A stretch of 63,445 bases of DNA, filler included, from Octopus bimaculoides (lineage: Eukaryota), in assembly GCF_001194135.2 (NCBI RefSeq). It is 4 parts of 3 records of this genome, joined end to end, with 100 filler letters (N's around TTAATTAATTAA, not from the genome) between each part and the next. Parts side by side here need not be neighbours in the genome. Positions count along the whole stretch, not along the records: positions 1 to 27,777 come from NC_068983.1; positions 27,878 to 44,218 come from NC_068981.1; 2 more parts are not named here. One strand, 5' to 3'. The notes below the pieces were generated by a model. That model saw only the letters and a program-made list of their open reading frames with translations, had not been told where the DNA came from and searched no databases. Made by a program: the position numbers and the translations under genes. Each line of letters opens with the position of its first letter. Within the stretch, counting starts at the first letter, position 1. This document shows, in pieces, positions 24,533-37,429 of the stretch.

Positions 24533-25637
24533 GTATGAGAGAGCAGTGCATGCTATCAAAGTGACACTGGGGTAAAATATACGAAGCCCATGAACTACCC
24601 ATCTGATAAGGGTACACCAGGCACATGCATCACAACCACATGTGTGCGACATGGTGATCTCATATCAAGATAAACAGTGCATGACCTAGCAGGTGGGGCC
24701 CAGTTAGAATTTTCTTCAGGTCAAGTAGCCCACCCGCTCAAAAAGTCCCTGAATAAGGTTTGTTTAAGGATGTTGAGCAAAACACCCATGTTTCCAAAGG
24801 TGAATTATTCAAACCCCAAAGAATTCCTCTCAACACATGGCTATGATGCTCTCCCACTACTTCTGCTCATGATCAGAGATGCACATATCACCAGCCACTA
24901 AGGGACATGCTCAACTGGTTAAGGTCAAACAACTGACAAGCAAATCTGTGGTATTGAGCAGAATATTTGCTGTAGGCCATCTTTTTATACCAAGACAAAA
25001 CAATGTACATAATAACACCCAATCAATATTATTATTATTATTATTATTATTTCTTTTTAAGGACAGTAATGGCAGAATTGTTAGAGCACTGCACAAAATG
25101 CCTTGTGGTATTTAGTCTGGGTTTGATGAAATAATTATTATTCTAGTTTTGAAGTTGATTTAATCAATTATATCTTCCCCAGCAATTTTTTTTATCTTGT
25201 GTCGGGGTTAATTTTGCCTTTCATCCTTCTGGGGCCAGTAAAACAAGTAACAGTGAAGCACTAGGGTTGATTTAATCAATTAATTCCTTTTATATATGCC
25301 CATGTACCCCTATTAGACACTCTTATACAAAGTCAATGACTTGACAGAACCATCAGAGCATACGAGAAAATGTTTTGTAGTAGATGTTCTAGCTCTTTAT
25401 GTTCAAAGTTCAAATCACACTAAGATCAGTTTTATTTTTCATCCTTCCTAGGATGATAAAATAAACTGCTGGTCAAGTACTGAGTTGCTGTAATAGATGT
25501 TTTTCCTTCTCGTTTATTTTTTTTTTTGGCCTTGTGCCTTCATAAGAAACCAAATTCTAAGTAAAGACAGTTTCACTGCCAAAGATCAATCCACTGTAAA
25601 ACTTGCAGAATATACCATTTGAATTGTCCTCTTCCAG

Positions 25638-25721
25638 GTGACAGCACGAACTAGAAACGCAATGGAGGCTTGGTTTAAAGACTTAGCAGGAAGTAAACCA
25701 CTCTCGTTACTTGTGAAAAAG
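25638..25721 (+). CDS. MED12: MED12 coding exon 5
   Basis: ttccag|[28 protein letters not shown]|gtgaaa; Med12 domain motif WFxDLAGxKPL. Confidence 0.96.
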
Positions 25722-26635
25722 GTGAAAATCTTTTTCTTTTACTTTTGTGTATGGTTTGCAAGATCCTTGTTGTAAACTCATGTGTTGAAGCAGATCTTAT
25801 ATCTTGGGAGGGTCATTATGTGAATAATAAACACATGTACTGATTCTGTTTCTTTTATTATCATTAGCCAACTAGTTGACCATTTAACCACTTAACTGGT
25901 CAATTGCTTGACCAATTGTTTAATCATTCAATCAATCAATCTATCAGTTAGGTTTGTCAGAGTCCTTTCATTGCCATTTGTGAACTTATTATGACATGTC
26001 CTCTCTATTTCAAGTCTGCTTTGTAATCCCTTTATACATTTGTATGTCTGTGTGATATGGAGCATTGCAGCTAAAAATGGTCAACAGAGTATTGCAGCAA
26101 TTGTAAAAGAATGATTGAACTATGGTCTAGTGAATGTACTCTGTGAACTTGGGAGATAAAAAAGCAATGGGCTTCATAATGTGACCGGATATTTGAGGGC
26201 ATTCAGTGAAATGTTTTTTTGTTGTGCCTTGTGAATAATAATGTTGTTGGTTGCATGTTTCCACTGATGACATACACACACATACATAAACATACATTTA
26301 CATACATAAGTGCATACACACACACACACTCTAATTTAATGGAACTCAGAAGACTTCACAGACTGTTACTGAGTTTCATGTAACCTATCACCACAACTGT
26401 CTGATCCACGATGTGAAACTCTGAGTAACTGTTTGTGAAATCTGAGTGGACTGGAGTAATGTGAAATAAAGTGTCTTGCTCCAGAGCACAACATGCCACC
26501 TGGAATTGAACTCAGTTTTACAATCGTGAGCGAAATACGTAAATCACTAAGCCATGTGCCTTCATTATGTGGTGAGATCTGACCTACAACCACATAGTCC
26601 TGAAGTGAACTTCTTAACCATGCCACAAAGCATCA

Positions 26636-27065
26636 TCATCATCGTTTAACGTCCGCTTTCCATGCTAGCATGGGTTGGACGATTTGACTGAGGACTGGCA
26701 AGCCAGATGGCTGCACCAGGCTCCAATCTGATTGGCAGAGTTTCTACAGCTGGATGCCCTTCCTAACGCCAACCACTCGGAGAGTATAGTGGGTGCTTTT
26801 ACGTGCCACCGGCACGAGGGCCAGTCACATGGTACTGGCAACGGCCATGCTCAAAAAAGGTGTTTTTACGTGCCACCTGCACGGGAGCCAGTCCAGTGGC
26901 ACTGGCAAGAACCTCGCTCGAATGTTTTGTTCACGTGCTACTAGCACAACGCTGGTAACGATTACACTCAGATGGTGCTATTTATGGGCCACTAGCACGG
27001 AAGCCAGACAGCTGCTCTGGCAATGAACACGCTCGACAGTGCTGTTAGTGCTCCACTGGCATGGT
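26636..27065 (-). mobile_element. RTE LINE 3' UTR with (GAT)n tail and tandem stem-loop repeats
   Basis: catcatcatcgtttaacgtccgc tail, ggatgcccttcctaacgccaacc motif, repeated gccagt...actggc units; another copy at 27517-27777. Confidence 0.85.
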
Positions 27066-27251
27066 GACCAGTATGAGCTTATATATTTATGTATGTGAGT
27101 TTACTATGGATGTGTAGACAGCTTGTGGATTTTTTTTGCTGTAGATATCTCATTCAGATGAAAATATTATTGTAATATGAGAACTTTGTGTACCCACTAA
27201 GTCTTGGTATTCACTAAGTCTCGGTTCTTTCTTATATTGTTTTTTTTACAG

Positions 27252-27411
27252 GTACCTATTTTTAATAAGAAAGAAGAAATTTTTTCAACACTCTGTGATT
27301 TTAGCATCCCTATGATAAAGGCAGCTTGGTTTGTAAAGATGACAGCAGCTCATAATGTTGCATTACAAGAGAACAAGACAAAAAAGAGACAAACTGTGGA
27401 TCAGTGCCTTG
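27252..27411 (+). CDS. MED12: MED12 coding exon 6 (last visible; gene truncated at scaffold end)
   Basis: ttacag|VPIFNKKEEIFSTLCDFSIPMIKAAWFVKMTAAHNVALQENKTKKRQTVDQCL-g|gtaaga; matches VPIFSKKEEVF...RAAWLIKMT. Confidence 0.96.
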
Positions 27412-27777
27412 GTAAGATATTTTTGTTGCTCTTCTGAATTAATTGTGCATGTGTGTGTGTGTGTGTGTGTGTGTGTTTGGTCATTCACTGAGGAAAATAG
27501 TACTTAAAACATAAGTATCATCATCATCATCATCGTTTAACGTCCGCCTTCCATGCTAGCATGGGTTGGACGATTTGACTGAGGACTGGCAAACCAGATA
27601 GCTACACCAAGCTCCAATCTGATTTGGCAGAGTTTCTACAGCTGGATGCCTTTCCTAACGCCAACCACTCGGAGAGTGTAGTGGGTGCTTTTATGTGCCA
27701 CCAGCACGAAGGCCAGTCAGGCGGTACTGGTAATGGCAACACTCAAAATGGTGTATTTTATGTGCCACCTGCACAGG

Positions 27778-27877
27778 NNNNNNNNNNNNNNNNNNNNNNN
27801 NNNNNNNNNNNNNNNNNNNNNTTAATTAATTAANNNNNNNNNNNNNNNNNNNNNNNNNNNNNNNNNNNNNNNNNNNN
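27778..27877. other. Artificial scaffold-concatenation spacer
   Basis: N44-TTAATTAATTAA-N44 (stop codons in all six frames), exactly 100 nt. Confidence 0.93.
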
Positions 27878-27878
27878 G

Positions 27879-28230
27879 TGTAGTAACGCCGTGCGCATGC
27901 GTAGAATTAAACAACCAAGCGTTTCCCGCTCAATTCATTCTCTTTCTCGCTGGCCAGCGATTGAGCATGGACGTGTGTTTAAGCTGTCTCTCTACATCTT
28001 TCGGACTTACACTCGACAGCTCGCTCACAACTACAGAACAACGTCCCAACAACTATGCTCATACAATCAGAAGCTGTAACAACAAGAACTAAAGATATGT
28101 ATGTTTACCACCTAAATAAAGTATTGTTTAAGTTGATAGTCTGGAGTTCAGCGTTCCGTTATATTCTTTAATTACATAGTAGGAAAGTCAGGTATACAAT
28201 CTAAAGATGTATAACCTACATTCCTCTATA
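27879..28230 (+). mobile_element. Solo LTR (same family as 37494-37855)
   Basis: Starts TGTAGTAACGCCGTGCGCATGCG; collinear with the reverse complement of 37494-37855; contains AATAAA. Confidence 0.75.
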
Positions 28231-29679
28231 AATGTGTAGTGGTCAGCGATCTATTATGGCGAATGCCGCACAGAAGGATCACACAGGAGAGTTAAGAAGG
28301 GGAGAGAACAAAGAAACATTCACGCACACACATACATACATTTAATGTACAATATATGGATTTGTTTAATCCAATGGTAATCACAAAAAAGGCTCCTTTA
28401 GTGGACCCGACTATACACCACATAGTAAACTAATACGTAGGAGTGTAAGGTAGTCCTATGTAGTTGAAATCCAGTAAATCCAATCACTGAAAATTTATAT
28501 AATATAAAGAAAGTTAGGAGGTATGAGATGAATATATTTATTTCACCAGTTGATATCCATAGGGTGACAGCCGTTTCGCAGCCAACATCATGCAAAAATA
28601 GCTTATTTTAGTGTATAATGAATTATGCAATATATAATACAAGTATGTGTGCTATAAATTGCATAGTACTATTGTACATTTTACAAACCAATGCAGATAT
28701 AGAAGGCTAGCTCTTCAGATTGACAGAATATCATGGTTAAATCAATTTTTCAACTCCTGTATACACATACAAAAAAATCCTCCTCAAATTTATAATGTAT
28801 TGAAGAAAAATTAGAGGGCTTAGAAAAACTGAAGAACAATTACAATAAATGTGTGGATCTGAGGGGGGAATATATTTAATAAAATCATAATTAATTGATC
28901 CTCTGGTATTTTCTTTTACCCAAAACCAGTGCGTGTGTGTGTGTACCAGTTTGAAGACAGGTTATATGCCCGCAGCCATTGGAGCCTGACGAGTCGTCTA
29001 TAAAGCTAAGCGATTCATGGATGCGAAACCATTGGTCACTCTATGACCAGGCATATATTTAACTGCTCTAACTTTTAGAGTGTGCTTCATTTTTGGATAT
29101 ATGATCCACTAACGATATATATATATATGAAACGAAAATGAGATAAGGTAAATAACTTGGAGTAGCCAGTGGCATGTATTTGAACAGCAAAAACGAATGA
29201 GTAAGTTAAATAACTTACCAGATATATACTTCATTAATGGAAACTATCTCTGATTCCAGTGTGGATAGACCAATCGCTTGATGCCAATTGGTACCAACTC
29301 CAAAGGAGAAACTGAGATAACATTAAGAACCAAGATTTCTCCAAAAGTTAACATGCCATTAAAGAAAACACAATCTGATTGCCTGAAGACAAGACGGCGA
29401 GTCTGAATAGGTGTCATCAGTGTGGCAATTGTCCAACCTTATTTTCAGTAGACGATACACATAGATGAGCAAAACACAGCAGAACACATTTATGGCCAAG
29501 ATGATTTACATATGTAAATATGTACGTACATAAAGTGTGTGCGCATGTGTGTGTAAATATATATGTAGAAATGTATAGTCATATACAAATACCTACAATA
29601 TATAATATACATATGCATATACATGCACACAGTTATAAATACATGCATATAGACACGCGTGCGCGCATGCACACATATA

Positions 29680-30110
29680 TACGAGGGGGGTACCAAAACG
29701 TAACCGGAAACGTTCTCTGTGGGTGTAGTTCAGATTTCTGCCGCTTGAAGTCACTTACAGCGTGCTTCCATGAAATTCTGTTTTCTGCTAGGGAAATTTG
29801 TGGCCGAAACAGTTGTCATGCTTCAAACAGCTTACAAGGCCGCTGCCATCAGCAAAACACAAGTTTACGAGTAATTTTTCTCGCTTTAGGAATGGTCACT
29901 TGTCGCTTGAAGACCAGCCTCATTCGGGGCGACCGAACAAATGAAAACGTCACGAAAATTCATGAATTGATCTTGGGGAGCCGTCGTCGAACAATTGACG
30001 AACTTGTTGATATGACTGGTGTGTCCTGGAGCACTTGCCAAAAGATTTTAAGCGAAGAATTGCGAATGAAAAGAGTTGCAACAAAATTTGTACCTCACTT
30101 GCTCACAGAA
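29680..30110 (+). mobile_element. Mariner 5' remnant (TIR plus HTH region)
   Basis: TACGAGGGGG.. TIR start; FCFLLGK..AETVVMLQTAYK..ISKTQVYE, RRRTIDELVDMTGVSWSTCQKILSEELRMKRVATKFVPHLLT. Confidence 0.9.
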
Positions 30111-32524
30111 GTTTTTGAAACAGATCGGTGCTGAGTTTGAGGTTCTATAAAAGAAGATTAACTCTATTACGCCATAAACTGCGAAAAACACCTCAGGAAA
30201 ACGACAATAACTCGAAAATTTTATAGGAAAAATAGTAGCCGAAAGTAACAGATTTGCAGTCCCAAAATATGGAACATTCTTTTGTAGTGAGACTCAAAAC
30301 CAAGTCATCAAATAACGAAGTCAAAAGTCACAACATAACAACGGTTTGTTCACGTGAGGGTCCGAGTTCTTGGCCAATCAGCCGTCAAACTTCACGCGAT
30401 AGATCCTTCTGAAACTTTTCCCTACAAGGGTTATATAAAGATTAGTTTTAGCACCAATTTTTAGAGTGCGAACCTACGACACATATCCTCTCGCCTTTTG
30501 TAATAGTCGTTTTTCACGAGTCTGCTCAGCTTGGCTATGACGATTTAACTGGCCAAAATTAATCTACTGTGTATATTCTCTCTTGTCTTGGCAAGCTTTA
30601 GTACAGAGCTTTTGTAATCAACTAATTATGAATGCAACAGAATTATTCCTCAACTGTGTTGACTTAATATTAAAACTTTATGGTTCATGAGCAACTTAGA
30701 TATTATATGTGCGGTGAAGTAAGGGTTACTATTAAATGTTGGCCTGGTATTGTTATATCATTTACACGCAGCCTCACATGCATATAAACAACCTGCTATA
30801 TTTTTAACTATTACCAAATCACTAACAATCTCGAACCCTAAGAAGAAATTTGAAACTTTCTTTTCATTGAACTTGAATATCATTTCGTAAACGTGAGATA
30901 TAACATTTTGTGCAATTGTAGACTACTGTGACACAATCTTGGATTGGTAAACAGATTACGTTTCATCATCATCAGCAGTAGCAGCAGCACCATCATCATA
31001 TGATTGAAAATATCCGCTTACAAAACTAGTAGTTAAGACCCGTGGCATTTACGTCAATAGATTTGTTGTCTAAATTGTAACAAAAGATCCTTTATTGCTT
31101 TAAACAAAACCGACTCTTCTTCTGTTATACAAGGTAATAATGAGAAATTACACTCTCACACACATTCATATACCCGTCCACTCACCCACCCACCCAACCA
31201 TCTGTCCATCCATACATATACACTCACACATACATACATACATACGAACATACACACTCGCGCGCGCGCGCACATACATACATACACAACTAATGTGTAT
31301 CGATACATCGTATAAACGATTGCTGAACAATATTAATTGCTTATTAAGATGGGTATTTATTTATGTGATTATTATGATGGTACAGTATAGAAAATACAAC
31401 TTCGTCGGGTTGTTTGTATACAGGAGTTATTTGTAGATCTCAAGTCCATTGTGTAGGTAGTAAATTCATCTGCAACGACTAGAGAAAGAAAGGAAATCGA
31501 GGTAATTAGAGAGTATAAGCAGTGTTGTTCTACGCATAATGATGTTGCTTCCCCATCGTCGACGGAAAGAAAAAGGGGGAAGAAAAGATGTGTGCTCCTG
31601 GTGGGCGACACAAGGTCAAGTCAAAACAAAAGGACTTCTCTGTATCACATTTCACACGTGAATAACTCATAAAGATCTAAGAGGTCATCTCATTCTCATT
31701 TATCTCTTAGTGCCACAGGCTAAAACTATAGGTTGATGACTTGTGACAAAATGTGGATTTGATTTCGTAATCCTAGCTTAGAAAGTTGGAAGCTGTTCTC
31801 TCTCTCTACACACACATTTTTTTTTTACTTGCTTCACACACACACACACACATTCATTTACCTGCTTCAATCATTAGACTGTGGCCATGCCTTTACGGGT
31901 TTAGTCTTTTCAAGATGGCGTCCCCGTAATCTAGCACTTATGTTTTCAATCTCTTTATATTTGTAGTGACTTCATGCAGGCATGGCGTGGATTCGACCCT
32001 CGATAGCTAAATTTCACTTAATAGTTCAACAGCACTTTTCTCATGGTAAAACAATAATTTTTCTGTGAGTGACAGCAGTTACATTTGCCAGATGCCTTTG
32101 CTAAGCAGAATAATGTATTCACAGAATAAAGCAGAATTAAGGCGGCGAGCTGGCAGAAACATTAGCACACTGGGCGAAATGCTTAGCGGTAATCCGTCTG
32201 CCGCTATGTTCTTAGTTCAAATTCCGCCAAGGTCCGACTTAGCCTTTTATCCTTTCGGGGTCGATAAGTACCAGTTACGTACTGGAGTTGATGTAATCAA
32301 CTTAATCCTTTTGTCTGTCCTTGTTTGTCCCCTCTATGTTTAGCCCCTTGTGGGCAATAAAGAAATAAGAATAATGTCTTCGCCACGTGACCCTTCTAAC
32401 CTCTTCTAGGCCACCAGAGGCTGGAATGGAGATAACAGACCTCCAACAAAATCTATTGTTTTCAACAATATGTTTCTCCTTCTGGCTAGTTTTGGATAGT
32501 TATAAAAACAAGAACTCCATAAGC

Positions 32525-32925
32525 CAAGGTCAGTTAGTCTGGGCGGTCGGACTGGGCCCGACTTTCCGTGGATGGATCAATGCTATTATGCATAGCGACA
32601 TCGATTCAATTGTCCGGGTGAACGGTTTCTTCTCGAAGCCGTTCGCGATCGAATGTTCAGTTCGCCAGGGTTGCCCCATCCTCGCTTCTGTATGTGTTGG
32701 CTCTTGAGCCATTGCTGCGGAGGTTGGAGGCCATGGGAGGAGACTTGCGTGATCTATGTTACAGTAGGAGAGCGACGGCATATGCAGATGATGTCACCAT
32801 CATCGTATCTGATGAAGGGCAGCTACCTCGTGTAGAAGATGCCATCAAAGGATACGAAGCAGTAGCAGGAACAAAAATTAACCAAGAAAAATCAGTTGGC
32901 TTGCAACTCGGCACCTGGATGTCAT
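32525..32925 (+). mobile_element. L1/Tx1-clade reverse transcriptase fragment
   Basis: VRVNGFFSKPF...SVRQGCP / LALEPLLRRL...AYADDVT...KINQEKSVGLQLGTW with a frameshift. Confidence 0.9.
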
Positions 32926-32927
32926 GA

Positions 32928-33103
32928 AAGGTCCAGTTAGAGGCCCAACCTTTCTAATTCTTTTACAGGGCTTAGAAAAACTGAAAGACAGTTGCAATAA
33001 ATGTGTGAATCAGAGAGGGGAATATGTTGCATAAAATCATAATTAACTGATCCTCCTGTATTCTTTTTACCCAAAGCCAGGAACTTTTCAGCACCCCCTC
33101 GTA
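32928..33103. mobile_element. Mariner-type MITE, partial (also ~28780-28925)
   Basis: Reverse complement of part of the complete copy at 61595-61815; ends gaacttttcagcaccccctcgta. Confidence 0.8.
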
Positions 33104-34231
33104 TATGTATACGAAAAGACAACACGAAACCGGTTATTTCTCCAAATACAATGTTTATATACCAAAAAAATTTTATAACATTTTTCTGACAATTTAAATA
33201 TATACTTTAACCATGTAACACAAATCTTCTGTAGTTTTTTCACTCTTATTATCTTTTATATATATATATATATATATATNNNNNNNNNNNNNNNNNNNNN
33301 NNNNNNNNNNNNNNNNNNNNNNNNNNNNNNNNNNNNNNNNNNNNNNNNNNNNNNNNNNNNNNNNNNNNNNNNNNNNNNNNNNNNNNNNNNNNNNNNNNNN
33401 NNNNNNNNNNNNNNNNNNNNNNNNNNNNNNNNNNNNNNNNNNNNNNNNNNNNNNNNNNNNNNNNNNNNNNNNNNNNNNNNNNNNNNNNNNNNNNNNNNNN
33501 NNNNNNNNNNNNNNNNNNNNNNNNNNNNNNNNNNNNNNNNNNNNNNNNNNNNNNNNNNNNNNNNNNNNNNNNNNNNNNNNNNNNNNNNNNNNNNNNNNNN
33601 NNNNNNNNNNNNNNNNNNNNNNNNNNNNNNNNNNNNNNNNNNNNNNNNNNNNNNNNNNNNNNNNNNNNNNNNNNNNNNNNNNNNNNNNNNNNNNNNNNNN
33701 NNNNNNNNNNNNNNNNNNNNNNNNNNNNNNNNNNNNNNNNNNNNNNNNNNNNNNNNNNNNNNNNNNNNNNNNNNNNNNNNNNNNNNNNNNNNNNNNNNNN
33801 NNNNNNNNNNNNNNNNNNNNNNNNNNNNNNNNNNNNNNNNNNNNNNNNNNNNNNNNNNNNNNNNNNNNNNNNNNNNNNNNNNNNNNNNNNNNNNNNNNNN
33901 NNNNNNNNNNNNNNNNNNNNNNNNNNNNNNNNNNNNNNNNNNNNNNNNNNNNNNNNNNNNNNNNNNNNNNNNNNNNNNNNNNNNNNNNNNNNNNNNNNNN
34001 NNNNNNNNNNNNNNNNNNNNNNNNNNNNNNNNNNNNNNNNNNNNNNNNNNNNNNNNNNNNNNNNNNNNNNNNNNNNNNNNNNNNNNNNNNNNNNNNNNNN
34101 NNNNNNNNNNNNNNNNNNNNNNNNNNNNNNNNNNNNNNNNNNNNNNNNNNNNNNNNNNNNNNNNNNNNNNNNNNNNNNNNNNNNNNNNNNNNNNNNNNNN
34201 NNNNNNNNNNNNNNNNNNNNNNNNNNNNNNN

Positions 34232-34980
34232 CTAGCAGTTGAGGGAACCTGTGGAAGAGGTAGACCCAGGAAGACCTGGGACGAGGTGGTGAAGCACGAC
34301 CTTCGAAATTTAGGCCTCGCCGAGGCAATGACTAGTGACCGGGACCTTTGGAAATATGCAGTACGGGAGAAGACCCGGCAAGCCAAGTGAGAGCATAAGC
34401 TAGGACCTCTGCCAGAAGTGTGGCCTGCTCACTTATCCGTATCTTTACTTCATTGGACACTAAACTCTGCTTGCGAAGACATGTTGGGGCAAGTGAAATC
34501 GAAATCGATTCATATTCGATGACTGGCACCCGCGCCAATGGAGTACTAACAGCACTATCCGAGCGTGTTCATTGCCAGAGCAGCTGTCTGGCTTCCGTGC
34601 TAGTGGCCCGTAAATAGCACCATTTGAGCGTAATCATTACAAGCATTGCTTTCTAGCACTTGTGCTGGTGGCACATTAGAAAATCATTCGAGCGAGGTCG
34701 TTGCCAGTACCACTTGACTGGCTCCCGTGCAGGTGGCACGTAAAAACACCTTTTGAGCAAGGCCGTTGCCAGTACCGTGTGACTGGCCCTCCTGCTGGTA
34801 GCACGTAAAAGCAACCACTACACTCTCGGAGTGGTTGGCGTTAGGAAGGGCATCCAGCTGTAGAAACTCTGCCAGATCAGATTGGAGCCTGGTGCAGCCT
34901 TCTGGCTTGCCAGTCCTCAGTCAAGCCATCCAACCCATGCTAACATGGAAAGCAGACGTTAAACGATGATGATGATGATG
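34232..34980 (+). mobile_element. RTE LINE 3' end (ORF C-terminus plus 3' UTR)
   Basis: LAVEGTCGRGRPRKTWDEVVKHDLRNLGLAEAMTSDRDLWKYAVREKTRQAK-stop, tandem UTR units, (GAT)n tail. Confidence 0.92.
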
Positions 34981-35524
34981 TATGTATGTATGTATGTATG
35001 TGAGCTTCCGTTTGTGTTTGTCCCTCACCTCTGTATGACAACCAATGTTGGTTTACTTACGTCCCCGTAAGTCAGCGCTTCGGCAAAAGAAGACCGAATT
35101 GAATAAGTACCAGGCTTAAAAATAAGTACTAGAGGCAAATTAGTGTGACTAAATCCTTCAAGGCGGTTCCCCAGCATGGTAACAGTTGAAGAACTAAAAC
35201 AAGTAAAAGATAAGGTTATTTAAAGTGCCGTCCCACTCGAGTTGGACTGACCGGCGTCCTCTATAACCAAGCTACTGCCCGAATTTTTTCAACAGACTAA
35301 ATAGACAACGCTCACAGGGTGAGGGTAGTGTTTAAACCAGACAATGGATTAGGATTTGTACCACGACAAAGAAATCAATAACAGCATTTGGTTTCCGAAT
35401 AGCTTTCGTTTCTAACGCTAAAGGCCACTTGAGTGTCATAACGGAAGGAAATAAGAGCATTTTTTCCCCCACTTTAGTGACTTAAATGCAATCAATATTC
35501 TAAATCTAAAACAATTTTCACAAT

Positions 35525-35865
35525 GTCTCTCTCACTCTCTCTCTTTTACTCTCCCTCCTCCTCTTTCTCTCTCCCTCTCTCTCTCTCTTCTATCTCTCTC
35601 CCTCATCTCTCACTCTCTCTCTCTCTCTTTTACTCTCCCTCCTCCTCTTTCTCTCTCCCTCTTCTCTCTCTCCCTCTTCTCTCCCTCTCTCTCTCTCTCT
35701 TCTATCTCTCACTCTCTCTCTCTTTTACTCTCCTCCTCCTCTTCTCTCTCTCCCTCATCTCTCTCACTCTCTCTCTCTTTTACTCTCCCTCCTCCTCTTT
35801 CTCTCTCCCTCTCTCTCTCTTCTATCTCTCTCCCTCATCTCTCTCTCTCTCTCTCTCTCTTTCTT
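35525..35865. repeat. CT-rich minisatellite with higher-order unit
   Basis: ctctcttttactctccctcctcctctttctctctcc recurs about four times. Confidence 0.8.
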
Positions 35866-35989
35866 AGCTGGCTTAACTGCTGCTTGTCTGTCCATCGTTA
35901 TGTTAACAATCTAATAATAACAATAGGAACATGAGCATCACTGTCAAGTTTAACTATCCACTTTTAAATTATTCATTATCGCCATCTGT

Positions 35990-36165
35990 CTGAATCATCA
36001 CCATCATCATCATCATCATCATCATCATTATCACCACCATCACTGCCATCACCACCACCACCACCTTTAACATCATCACCATCACTAAAATCATCACCAC
36101 CACTATCATCATCATCATCATCATCACCAATACCACTATCACCATCAGCATCCACTTCTACCGTC
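35990..36165. repeat. (CAT/CAC)n degenerate microsatellite
   Basis: Direct inspection. Many other (AT)n, (AC)n, (AAT)n and (AG)n tracts occur window-wide, often next to gaps. Confidence 0.9.
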
Positions 36166-37099
36166 ACCAATCAACTAGCCAAGGAGGAAGCATCTAGTGG
36201 GCCGCTCAGCCTGTCAGAAAGAGCAGCCAAAATTCTCCATCAGATCACACACTTCCGTCTTAAAAACAGGAAGGTGATGTTGGATAATGTTATCTTATAT
36301 AATAAGAAATGATGACCATGGCTCTAAGAACAACAATAACAAACATAACAATCTAACCACTGAAGGAGCTTTTACTTGGTCGTTACATATGCTAGAAATA
36401 GCAAAACAAATCCTCTCAAATCTCACCCTTACTGTTTTAAAACAGGAAATACCTTGGACAATGTTCTAGAACAAAAAAACAGGATGGTCAAGGTTGGGAT
36501 ATCTTTGATCATAGATTTGCTCAGTGAAGGCCAAACTGCACTAAACAATGCCAATAACAACTACAACAACAATCTAATTATCTCGACCGTCATTTTTAGT
36601 CGGATCTGGAAATACTGTATGCTCCTCCCCGACACACAGTTCTTCAGCTTTTTTTTTTCTTCTTTAAATGTCAATACAATAATTGATTCTGACATAGACA
36701 CAAGGCTTGAAATTTGAGGGAGCAGGGTTTGTCAGTTACACAGGCCCCAAAATTTGACTGGTGTCCTACGTTATCGACTCCAAAAAGATGAAGAAAAAAA
36801 AAACGAAATTGATCTCAGTGGGATTTGAACTCAGTACAAAATGAGCCAGAATAATACTACAAGACATTGTCACCGACGTTCTACCGGCTTTTCTGTCCCT
36901 ACTCTATGCTGTCAACTGATTATTCCACCCACGTTCATTTGACTTTTGCAAATAAAGCTGTTTTGTTTTTATTGGTGTTAATGGATGCGTTTCTGTTGCT
37001 TCTGCATATTGGCACATGGGCAATGGATGCAGGAATATTACATGGATGGCTAACAAAACTTGTGGGGGTATATATACAAATAATAAATATATAAATGTG

Positions 37100-37341
37100 C
37101 CCTTTTAAAGCCTAGCCAAGCTCATGGGCCCGATTTCCCGGTTTCAATGGCGTATGTGTTCCCCAGCTGGACGGGACGCCAGTCCATCGCACCGTTACTC
37201 ATTTTTACCAGCTGAGTAGACTGGAGCAACGTGAAATGAAGTGTTTTGCTCAAGAACACAACGCGTCGCCCGGCCCAGGAATCGAAACCACAATCTTACG
37301 ATCATGGTGCTGACACCCTAACCACTAAGCCACGCGCCTCC
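37100..37341 (-). mobile_element. CORE-type SINE, family D
   Basis: Reverse complement ggaggcgcgtggcttagtggttaggg...gtttcgattcctggg...gtgttcttgagcaaaacacttcatttcac; related copy ~26380-26560. Confidence 0.8.
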
Positions 37342-37429
37342 ACATATATACAAATGAAATGAGAATTTTTTAGAAAATGAAAATAAAAGCATTCACTATA
37401 CAAACTTTTTTGGGGGCCTTGCACAAGGG

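Noticed and set aside
26790-27060. CRISPR-like array
   Set aside because: Eukaryotic locus; the units have no unique spacers and belong to an RTE LINE 3' UTR.
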